Shown: positions 8,163 to 19,100 of the stretch, piece after piece
Layout: every line of letters starts with the position of its first letter
How positions within the stretch are numbered: position 1 is the stretch's first letter
NCBI GenBank assembly: GCA_009885205.1
Contig: VFLE01000046.1
Coordinates: 1 to 39,670, forward strand
Source: Candidatus Shapirobacteria bacterium
Lineage (GTDB): Bacteria; Patescibacteriota; Microgenomatia; UBA12405
DNA length: 39,670 nt
Direction: 5' to 3'
Program-made: the position numbers and the translations under genes
Notes under the pieces: generated by a model
Told to the model about the DNA's origin: nothing
The model's input: only the letters and a program-made list of their open reading frames with translations
The model's database searches: none

Positions 8163-8725
8163 TATATGTAGAAGATGATTTCTTAGATATTAATCTAATT
8201 AATGAATTAAATAATGATGAAAGTGATTTCCAGGAAGTAAAAGCTCCTGGAAAATTTTTTTGGGTAAAAATACCTTCTAATGATTTTGTAGAATTAGTTT
8301 GTAATAAGATTTCTAAAATAGAAAATGCAACTATAAAACCAATATTAGGTTTCTTTAGAGAAGCTAAAGAAGGTCAAGACAATGATTGGAGAATACATAA
8401 CGACTCTATAATAGAAGGTCAACAACCTGACAGAGCTATAGTATTGTATATTTCAGAAAATAATTATTGTGATTTAAACGGCACAGCTTTTTGGGAACAT
8501 TGGAAACATGGAGAAACATTTGAAGATATTGAACCTGAAGAATATAATAGACTATTAATAGAAGATTCTAATGATAGAGATAAATGGATATTAAAGTCTG
8601 TAGTAGGACATAAACAAAACAGAGTAGTATCTTATCCATGTAATTACTTTCATAGTAAATATCCTAATGAATTTCTAAATAGTAGAAAAGTATTTGTAAT
8701 GTTTTATAAAGTAGAGAAAATATGA
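8159..8725 (+). CDS. 2-oxoglutarate/Fe(II)-dependent oxygenase
   Basis: VEDDFL start, HxD (IHND), AIVLYI, GTAFW, NRVVSYP..YFHS (distal His) and RKVFVMF (2OG-binding Arg). Confidence 0.82.
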   Translation: MIYVEDDFLDINLINELNNDESDFQEVKAPGKFFWVKIPSNDFVELVCNKISKIENATIKPILGFFREAKEGQDNDWRIHNDSIIEGQQPDRAIVLYISENNYCDLNGTAFWEHWKHGETFEDIEPEEYNRLLIEDSNDRDKWILKSVVGHKQNRVVSYPCNYFHSKYPNEFLNSRKVFVMFYKVEKI

Positions 8726-9402
8726 GAATATGGCATATAAGTGATACGCATAGTTATCACAATTTACTAGATGTACCTAAAGATATAGATATGGTAATAC
8801 ATTCTGGCGATTGTAGTAATCCTAGAGATCCGTATAATAATGAACCTGAGGTTAGGGAATTTATTCATTGGTATAAGTCTTTACCTATTAAGTATAAAAT
8901 ATACGTAGCTGGTAATCATGACTCTAGTATTGAAAAGAAATTAGTTACTAAAAAAGATTTTGAAGACTATAATATTATATATCTTGAAGATGATTTTATA
9001 CATATAGACAAATGGAAAATTCACGGTAGTCCAATGACACCTAGTTTTTCTAATTGGTCGTTCATGAAGAGTAGAGATAAACTAGATAAGCACTGGACGC
9101 GAAGTATAGATGATGATGTTGATATATTAATCACACACGGTCCACCTAAAGGCATATTAGATGTTTCTGAAGATAGGAATCATAATTTGGAAAACTGTGG
9201 ATGTAATGCTCTTAAAAGACATGTTATAACTAGAATAAAACCTAAGTTAATGTTATTTGGTCACATACATAATAATAAAGAAATTATAAATGCTGGAACA
9301 ATGAAGTTATCTATATGTGATACCATATTTAGTAATGGCTCTGTAGTAACAGATGGAAGGTTTGGAAAATTAAGTAGTAATGGTAATATAATAAATTTAT
9401 GA
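8722..9402 (+). CDS. calcineurin-like metallophosphoesterase (MPPED-like)
   Basis: ISDTH, HSGD, AGNHD, ITHGPP and FGHIH motifs. Confidence 0.92.
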   Translation: MRIWHISDTHSYHNLLDVPKDIDMVIHSGDCSNPRDPYNNEPEVREFIHWYKSLPIKYKIYVAGNHDSSIEKKLVTKKDFEDYNIIYLEDDFIHIDKWKIHGSPMTPSFSNWSFMKSRDKLDKHWTRSIDDDVDILITHGPPKGILDVSEDRNHNLENCGCNALKRHVITRIKPKLMLFGHIHNNKEIINAGTMKLSICDTIFSNGSVVTDGRFGKLSSNGNIINL

Positions 9403-9617
9403 AAGAAAAAATAGAAAAATATAATAGAAAAGCAATATTTTCTACATTAAAAGATTATGAATTTACATGTAAAGAACATAGTTATATAGAAGTAACTGAA
9501 TGGAATAATGGCGAAGGATTTGATGTAAATGTTTGTAATTATACAGATAAAACAATAGCACTTACTCACGGAGAGTTTAAATTAATTAAAAAACTTATTA
9601 AAAAATTAGAAGAATGA
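9399..9617 (+). CDS. hypothetical protein (72 aa)
   Basis: ATGA overlaps on both sides. Contains YIEVTEWNNGEGFDV. Confidence 0.7.
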   Translation: MKEKIEKYNRKAIFSTLKDYEFTCKEHSYIEVTEWNNGEGFDVNVCNYTDKTIALTHGEFKLIKKLIKKLEE

Positions 9618-9814
9618 GCGATTTTGTAGAAAGAATGCACGAAGAATTAAAACAATTAAAAGAAAAAAAGGATAAGTTAAACGACTTTATTGATAATAAT
9701 TTAAAATTCAAAGAATTAAGTAATATTCAAAGAATTTTATTAATAAATCAATTTAATGCGATGGACTTGTATTACTTTGCTTTAGAATCAAGAATAGAAT
9801 ATATCAACGATTAA
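9614..9814 (+). CDS. crAss001_48 / T4 rIIB.1-like helical protein, possible immune-signal sponge
   Basis: Pattern R...E..QL..K..KL..FI....F..L...Q..LL..Q...M..Y...LE.RI. Confidence 0.65.
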   Translation: MSDFVERMHEELKQLKEKKDKLNDFIDNNLKFKELSNIQRILLINQFNAMDLYYFALESRIEYIND

Positions 9815-9823
9815 ATAAAAAAT

Positions 9824-10045
9824 ATGAAAGAACAAAGTTTAGTTGAAATGAAAAATAAAGTTGAAGCACTTATTAGAGTGCTTCAAAATGTTATGGATGA
9901 ACAACAGCATTTAACTGTATTAGCAGCTGGAACATTAGAAACAATTAAATTAATGCCTGGTTATGACGATGCTATTAAAGCAATGACTGAAAAAGCTAGT
10001 AAGGAATTAGAAGAAAGTAAACCAAAACCGGTTTTAAATACTTAA
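9824..10045 (+). CDS. hypothetical coiled-coil protein (73 aa)
   Basis: Last ORF of the + arm, with an A-rich leader. Confidence 0.7.
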   Translation: MKEQSLVEMKNKVEALIRVLQNVMDEQQHLTVLAAGTLETIKLMPGYDDAIKAMTEKASKELEESKPKPVLNT

Positions 10046-10065
10046 AAGTGCTATACACACTAAAT

Positions 10066-10102
10066 AAAGAAAGGGGATTCACTTAATTGTGATCCCCTTT
10101 TA
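10066..10102. terminator. bidirectional intrinsic terminator between convergent arms
   Basis: AAAGGGGAT(T)CAC-TTAATT-GTGATCCCCTTT hairpin with an A-tract before and a T-tract after. Confidence 0.88.
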
Positions 10103-10147
10103 TTATATAGAAACTTTGAGTATGTTGCTCATTTTATATTGTTTCTA

Positions 10148-13100
10148 TTACTTTAAACCTGGTGATTTTAAACCACCACCTGAAAGACCTGGAGATTTTA
10201 AACTACTACCTCTAGTCGCAGATCCTGAATCTTCTTCTTTATCTTTTATACCTAAATTCTGCTTACTATATCCAAAAATCATAGCTATTCTCTGCCAATC
10301 TTCATTTTGAGAATCAAGTGCACCAGCTATATTTTGTATTTTTTGATAAATTCTATCTACAGGTATGTTTGTACTTACTGATATAAAAGAAGAAGAAGCT
10401 TCTACTATAGATTTAGTAGGTATAACTTTATCTCCTTCTGGATTGAATTCTTTATTATATTCTAATGCTTTTATACCTTTAAGAATCTGTCTAAACTTAA
10501 TACCAACCATTGGTGATATATTAAGTAATTCAAGAACTGGTGCATAAACTCCTTCTGGTGTTCCAGTAGTATCGTACCATTTTATTAATGCATTTTTAAC
10601 AACTGAAAGAGCAACGTAGTTCATGCCCATACCTTTTAGAATATTGTCAGCAATTCCATTTACCGTTCTAGTAATTCTTTGTTTACTATCTTTTTCTTTC
10701 TTTTCTTCATCATCGTCATCATCACCCCACATTATAGCAAATACTAAGTTTTGTAAAGCATTAAACATAATATTCTGCAAAGCGCCGTAATACACGATTT
10801 TACCTACATTGTTAGCAAGACTTCCCCTGCCTTTAACAATATCTATTGCAGCTTTTTTCATAATTCTGGAATACTGAAAAGGTGTATTCATAAATGATAA
10901 AAGAATTCTACCTGTTGTACTTGCTTGATTAGCAGATATTTTAGATACGTCAGCAGATTGTTGGGATTTTTCAGATGTTTGATAGAAATCACTCATCGTC
11001 TTTTTCTCAGCTTGTTCGTCTGTATAACCTTGTTTTTTATATGTGTTTAATCTATTTCTATAAAAACTAGAACCACCAAAAGCAATAGCAACAGCATCGA
11101 ATACTCTAGTAGCTATAAAACCGTTTGTTGAAATCCAATTTACAATACGTCTATATTTATTAATAGAATCATCTCCTTTTTGACTATCCATTAACTGAGC
11201 TATTTCAGACTCAGCAACATCATTCATAAGACCTGATCTTCTGTCTTTTAGATAAGGAGAATTCCAAAGATACTTTACATCTTGCCAGAATTGTTTTTGA
11301 TTAGCAAAAGCTAGTGCAACTTGTGCAATATTATTGTCAGATGTGTTGATAAAATTGACAGCACTTAAAAGTTGTAATACTGCAGATCTAGTATTAAGGA
11401 ACATTACATTTGCTGTAGATTTATTTAACCAGTTTAATAACTTACTGTTAGCACCTGGGTTTCTATTAGTACCACTTTTTAATCTACCTAGCATGTTTTT
11501 CAATGCTTTTACATATTCACCTCCATATACTGCTTCAATTTTGCTTAAGTTTTCTTTAGAGAAAATCTTATCAGCTCTATTCTGCCAGTCTTGTAGATAC
11601 TTAGCTCTATTCACCTTAGATATTATATCATTCATGTCACCTAAGATACTACCAAAACTCCAATTGCTTTCTGGTTCAACATATCCATTAGCTTGTTTAG
11701 AAAGTAAACTAACAGAATTAGCAAAATCTTTTAATTTAGGATTTGTCCTAACAATATCTGTTAAATTAAATTTATCTTTATTATTTATACCAGGTATTTT
11801 ATATCTTGCTTTATCCCATAAATAAACCCTAACAGCTTGATCGTATGTGTAACCTTCATAGCTAGTTTGTTGTGATAATAGTTTTATTATACCTTTATGT
11901 TGTTTAGTTATAACGTCTTTCCAATCACCATACATTTTCTGTCTAGCAACCATAAGTGTTGTCATAGCTTCACTATACGGTTTAATTAAGTTTTCGTTAA
12001 AGAATTCAAGTTGTGCTTCTCCCATTGCACCTTTTCCAGATGCCAATTTATACAACAAACCTTCAAAATCTTCATCACCTGGAGGAAGATATGCAAAATC
12101 TAATTTCTTTCCTTTACCAATGTTCTTTGCTGTTTCTTCTGAGAAAATTTCAGCCTTTGGAATCCCTTTGTTCTCTTCTATGATTTCATTCATAGTAAGT
12201 TCTAAATTAGAATTTCTAAAAGCTATTTGTTTTATCTTTTTAGAATTAGCATCTAAAGCGTCTAAGACTTGTTTCGTTAATGGACCATCAGCATTTTTCT
12301 TAACATGAAAATCAAAACTATTATAACCCTCAGCCATTTTATTTATTATAAAAGTAGCTATTGCTTTATCTGTAGATGTAGACATTCTAGGAACCTTAAA
12401 AGGAACTGTGTCTGCTTGAAACAAATCAGACATTTCTTGTCTAACCTTTTTTATTTCAATAGGATCAGTCTGCTTTTTTAATTTAGCAGTTAACTTATCC
12501 ATTTCTGTGTTTTTTGCAAGTTTTGATAATTTACCATTCATTATTGCTTTATCTATGTCTCTAGCAATAACAGATTGTTGTGTCAGATTTAAACCACTTA
12601 ACAAAGGACTTATTACCGCGTTAGCAGTCTCTGCTAAACTATATTTAATAGCAGAATCATTTTCTTTGTTTGATTTTATAACTGTTGTTTTATAGTAATA
12701 TCCACCACCAGCAGCTTCATTGTCTTCATCAAATATACCTACTCTTACTGATATTTCATTAGAACTAGAACCTATACTACTTTTTAATATACTTTCTTTT
12801 AATTCATCGGTTAATTGTTCTTTTATATTTATTTTTAGTTCATCTATAACTGCATCAACTACATTATTATCAGAAAATTGATACATGTTAATAAAATCTA
12901 TCGCTTTATCTTTTTTAGTAATATAACTATCCGTAAGATCGAGATGTAAAATACCAATACTTTCACCTCCAAACAACTCAACTTCTTTAGGTATTGAATT
13001 ATTGTGTTCTCCAATAAGCAATCTTAAATCATTTATTTTTTTTGGTAAATATATCATACTTGCTAAACCATAAAGATAAATTTGTTGGGTGTTAATAGCA

Positions 13101-16100
13101 CTTGAAATGTCTATCATAGATTTTTCTTGATCATCAAAAGTAGTTACTAAACTTAATATACCATTATGAAAATTTATAGGGTCCATAGATAACCAAAAAG
13201 TATCAAACTCATCTATATCTGAATTACGATCTATACTTGCATCAATGCTTAAATCATAGTAAATATGATCTGAAAGAGTAAGAAAAGCACGACCCTCCAT
13301 CATTTTACCTTGTATATCTAATTTATTTCCTTTCGTTAGATTAGGAGCGTCAAAACCGTATGCATTTACAAATGCAACAAAATCTATTTTTATTAAATTA
13401 GGCATGTCATAAGAACCTAATTTTCCATCTTGAAAACCTATTGTTATATATTCTTCGTCCATGTCTAATTTAAACTCGTCTTGACTTATTTCTTCTTGTT
13501 CTTTTAATATATCTAATTCGTCCTCTCTATTTATAAAAATTTGAAAATTAGAATCTATAATTTCTCTAATATTTCTTATAGGTTCAAGTAAATCTAACTT
13601 TCTTAATTCTCTTTTAATATTTCTTATTTTTTCTTCTAATTCTTGTCTTGAATCTACTTCTAATTCAAATCTAAATAAATTACCTCTATTTAAAGAAGAA
13701 ACATTTTTAATTAATTTAGTGTTTTTTTCTTTACTGTTATTTTTAAAGTCTACTTCATTTTCATCAGTTAATAATGAATATGCTAAATCCATAGAATCTA
13801 TATAATCCTGTTTTTCTTTGACATTTGAAAGTTTAAAAACTTCTGATATTAAAGGTATTTCTTCTGCTTTAAAACTTTGTCCTGCTTCTACACCAACAAC
13901 TTCTCCAACACCAGAATTAAGTCTGTCTTCAAATCTAACTGCTATTGATGGTTTGTAATCATTATCTGATGCTATAAAAAAGTCTCCATTTGTTAAATGT
14001 GTAGTAGCATAACCCAAAGATCTTTGACCAGTACACCATAAAGCATTTGAATTTATATTTCTAGAAGCTAGAGAGTTTAATGATAAGATATTTTCTTCTT
14101 TATCACTTTTATCAAACTTAAATATTTTTTTATTATCAGAGTCTGAAACTTTTCTATTGTTTTCCCAATCAGAAATATATTTTTCATTTTTTTGCATGTT
14201 TAAAAAACCGTAAATAAATGCAGGATTTTTTAATTCAGTATGACTGTAATTCTCAAATACTTTTTTTATTAATTCTTCATCATTATAAGAATCTATAGGT
14301 GTCAAAGTTGTGTTATATTGAGATCTTTTAAACGGTTTTCTTTCAACTACTTGATTTATAGGATTAGAAATATATCTATTAGATAATGCATCATTTAAAA
14401 ACAAATATGCAAAGAAAGGATTTAATTTTAAACCATTAGGTTTTTCATATTTTACAGTGGCATCTTCATTCCATTCTTCTGCACCTGGTTTAATATTATT
14501 AATGTAACCTCCATTATGCCATGCGGCAGTTGGTATTTTTTCAAAATTTTCACCTTCTTCATCTATAAAATTAATTTTAAAATCACCTCTGTACCAAACA
14601 CTTTCTAATAATAACTGAATAGATTCATATTGTAATTCTTGTTTTTTGAAAATATCTTCTTCTCTATAAGTATCATTATTTTTTAAAGCTGTAAAATGAT
14701 CTATATAATTTTGATCGCCTTCATTTATAGCTTTCTCAAGCATTCTATCTATGTAATCTTCTGTATAATCTTTAATCAAAAAAGGATTAATAGCACCATT
14801 GGTATTTCCTATTGGTATATTCATTGAATCTATTAATTCTATTATTCTTCTAACAACTTCCTTTTCAACTTCTTCATAATTTTTAAGAGTATGAAGTTTT
14901 AAACTTCCTGGGGTTGTATCTACAGTATCAGAGTATTGCAATACTTTTACATAATAGTTTTTATTAGAAGTAAAATAATTATCTATAATAATTGTATTTG
15001 AATCACTAAGTTTATCAGTTGGTCTTTTTACTATATCTTTGTAATTGTTTTCGTATTTTTTATTATAACCTTTATAAACGGCAACACCTGAAATTAAGTC
15101 AGATTCTTGATCTAATACTTCAGATAAACTAAATTTAATTGTATCACTAATAACTGGCATAGAATCTACACCATAATAAACATTATTCGCTATTCCTTCT
15201 GATAAAGCTTTTTGAGTTTTTAATAGTTGAGTTTTATTCAATAATTTATATTGACCTTGTCTTTTTTCTTCTTCTAAACTGAATTTAACTGAACTACTTT
15301 TACCTTTAGCCAAATCATTAAGAACTTGTGTTCTAATAACATCATCTTTAAGACTGTTGTATAGGTTAGGTTTCTCTTGACCTATTTGCTCTATAAAATC
15401 AGGATTACGTAGTAATCTTCTCGCTTCTTGAAGAACCATTACGTCTCCAAACAACTCTCTTAATGCTGTTCTTCTATCGAACCAAGCATTAGTTGTTAGT
15501 TTTTCGTAATCTAAGAATTTTGAAATTTCTTCTTCAGGATTAACTGAATTGTATTTTCTTATTATTTTCTTTGCATCTTCTTCAGAGTAAAATGATTGAA
15601 GGAAAACTGCTCTATTAATATCTGCAACTTTTTGAAATTCTCCTTTTTCATTTCTTTCTTTTAAATACGGAGGTATTTTTTTAGAAGCATAACTAGATTG
15701 ACCTGTAACTTCATCTACTGGATTATTTATTACATCATATACTAATTTCCAATTATTATACATGAGTGATTCAAGTCCTTCGCCTGTTTCAAATGTGATT
15801 CTTTTCATCATCACCATAGATCTATCTGCTAGTAACTTTTTAAAGTTTCTAAATTCTAGTGTTTCTACATTTGGAGATCTTAATATTTCATCTGCAACTT
15901 GTCTAGCAACAATCCTAGCTGGTGATTCTTTTTTGATTATAGCTTTAAATACATACTCAACATTTCCAGTAGTTAAATTAAATGCTTTTGTAGGTTTTAA
16001 AGACTTGAGTTCTTGTTTCTCTTCAGGAGTTAAAGGTTCTTCTTTATTTTGTAAATCTAAACCTCTCTGTAAGTCTCTTAGATCTTTTTTTAATTCTTCT

Positions 16101-19100
16101 ATTCTAACTGAATCTGTTTCTGTTTTTAATTGTTTATTAACTTCTATACCTTTATCTTTAGCAGAAATTACATAGTCACCACGCTCAGGAACTGTATCTA
16201 TAATAACTTCATCTCCTTTTTCATCAACAAATCTAAATACAGGATCTTTTAATATATTGGCTAACTTTTCTTGTTCTTCATTAAAATCTTCAGTAGCTTC
16301 CATTACATCAACACTATCTCCTAATAAATAATCAAGTTCTTCACCAATGTCTGTAGTGCCTCTTCCTTCTACGAAATCTTCTCCGTCAAAGTCTAAATCA
16401 AATTTTTCATCTACTATACCTGCTCTTTTAAGAGCATTTCTCATCTTATTTAAAACCTGAGAGTTTATCCAACCATTTAAACTGTTGTTCTCTTTAACGA
16501 TGCCTTTTTTACCTTTGTAACCTTCTGCATCTTTAGCGTCTAATATTTCTTTAAACTCTTTAGAGTTTGGATCAAAACCTTTAGAAATTAAATCTTGTTT
16601 ATATTCTTCTCTTAATTCTAGAAACTCTTTATTAAAATTTCGTATATGAGGTAATAGTTCAGCTTGTGTTTCACGTACAAAATCCTCTTCACGGTCTTTT
16701 CTGTCTTTTTTAAAACCAGGTAAACTAAAAAATTTTTCTGACTTAGCTTTACCCCTTATTAAATATTCATACTCCTCAACTATATCCCACAGTAAAGGAT
16801 CTCTTTGACTGTTCATCTTTTGTGTAAATGTTTCTTTATTATAAGCATTGTCAACATCTCTCTTTATATCATCTGATGATTTTTTCTCTCCTGATCTTCT
16901 ATCACCACCTAAAGACGGTTTTACTTCACTACTACCAGAGCCTTGAGATACTACAATATTCTCACCAGTTTCTAATCTCAATGCTTCTTTGTCTATAAAT
17001 GCTTTTGATTGACCCAACGTTCTCATTGCACCTATACCAGGAATACCAAAATTACCAGTTGTAACACTTTTATTATAATCTTTTAGAAAATTGTATACAT
17101 CTCTACCGGATTTAAACTCTACTTTTCTAAGTCCTAAGTTCTGTAAGACTTGTCTGACTGTGTCTTTTAAACCAGTAAATACATTTTCATTGAACTGAAC
17201 AGAACCGTTACTAATAGCATCAGAATACAACGTTAAAACCTCTTCCCATGAATTACCCATGAGTTCACTTACTTTTTCGTCATATTGTCTTTTGTACTTT
17301 GGATCTTTTTGTAATTTTAAATCTTCGGCAGCAATTTTATCCATGTAAAAATTAGAATACTTATTGATTCTATCTCTAAATGCTTGCGGAAGAACTGTGT
17401 TCTCATCAGATACAGTCTTACTTATTTTTATTATTTCTTTATGTAATGCTTTACCTAATAGAATTTGAGATTCTGGACTATTTTTTAAAGTTTCATATAT
17501 TAAACCATGTAAAAACTCATGTTGTGCAACATCAGTAGTTCCACCTTTAATAGAAACATCTTCGTTTACAAATATAACTTTCTTACCTTTTACTATTTTA
17601 CTTGTATCTTTACCAGATTGATTCGCATATTTTGTAAGTAATACATCGTCAAGAAAGAATCCTCCTCTTTTAGAATTAGTATCAGCTTCATCTTCTGGCA
17701 TACCAACTACATCTATTAGATATTGTTTTATTTCAGCACTAGAACCAAAAGTCTGCATTTCTATATCTTTTATTACTTTCTTATCTATAGCTGCTTTAAT
17801 TAACTTATTTTTAGTCTCTAAATCATCTGCATAGTATAAATCATCAGCAATTTTTTCCTCTTTCTTTATCTTCTCATCTATCGATGGATGAAAAGCTTTG
17901 TCTAAAGATTCTTTCTCGTCTTTTAATTTTTGTATTTTATCTAAAGATCTTAAGATAGGCATAGCGGCTTTTGCGGACACACTTTTAGGCATCTTATTGG
18001 CATTGTTAGAATATATATCTACATCTGCTTTTAAGTTGTCTACTTCTTCTTTAGTGAAAACTTCTTTTTTGTAAAGATTATCTACTACTTGGTTGAATTC
18101 ATCTTTATTCTTAGATAAAGTACTCAAAGCTCTTAACTTATCAAGGTCTTCATTCTTTGCCTTAAAATTAGGAATTTTAGCTTTAGCCATTAATCCAGAT
18201 GATATAAATGAAATCATAGAGGTGTTCATGAAATCATCACCAGATATAGTTTCGTTCATTATCTTCCTACCAGCGTCTTTATTTGTAAGGGCATTTACAC
18301 CCATTGTTTCACCAGCTTGTTGTATATTTTCTTGAACAACTTCTTTTAATCCATCTTCAACAAATCCTGTAAGTTCTTTAGGTGCATTTTTTATTGCTGA
18401 ATTAAGATAATTAACAAATCCAGTCTTACCTTGTTTTTTAAATGTTTCTACAGCTTGTTTAACTGTATTTTTTAAAAATAATTTATTAGCGAGATTTGTT
18501 TGTGGATTTATTGGAGTAGTTATGGCATATAATATACCCATTCTTTCAGCCGCTACACCTGCTAATTCGTATGCTTCATCGTCATCAACACCAGACGCTT
18601 TAAGTTCTCTAAAAGTATCCTCTAACCCAGATGAATACCCCATACCACCTTGAGCAATCATAGTATAACCAAGATCTCTTTTAATAGGTAGTTTTTTCAT
18701 CATCTTAGATGAATAATTCATAAGTCCAAGAGAAGAACTAGGCAAAGGTCTAGGACCAAGTGCCATGGTTGCTTTACCAGCCATTGCTGCTCTACCAGCA
18801 CTTGCTACATAACCTAGATTTCCAACTGCTCCTGCTATAACTGATTGAAGTACCATGTCGGCAATAACACCTGTTGTAGTAACAGCAGCTCCTTGCGTAC
18901 TAAATATATAATCAGATTGTCCAGTCTTTGATTTACTTACTATCTCATCATATTGATTTTTATCTAATAAATCTGTTACTACTATATCATCATCAGCATC
19001 ATAAACATTTTCTTTTGCATCTACTAAGTAATTAGTACCATTAGATTTAGCAGTTTTTCCAGAAACATAACCAACGCCTCTAGTATTTGGTTTTAATAAC

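Noticed and set aside
10089..10310. 73-aa + strand ORF with a PGDFK repeat
   Set aside because: It starts inside the terminator and is antisense to the giant gene. The repeat just mirrors its C-terminal LKSPGL duplication.
12230..12370. FIINKMAEGYNSFDF segment, possibly a decayed HAD-phosphatase C-terminus
   Set aside because: Based only on vague recall of related proteins. No DxD or DD catalytic motifs are present, so it cannot be supported.
16376..16399. DLDFDGED in the giant protein resembling the RNAP catalytic DxDGD/DFDID motif
   Set aside because: It sits in an acidic low-complexity linker right after the sigma-like block. The third Asp position of DFDGD is Glu, and no surrounding double-psi barrel motifs were recognised.
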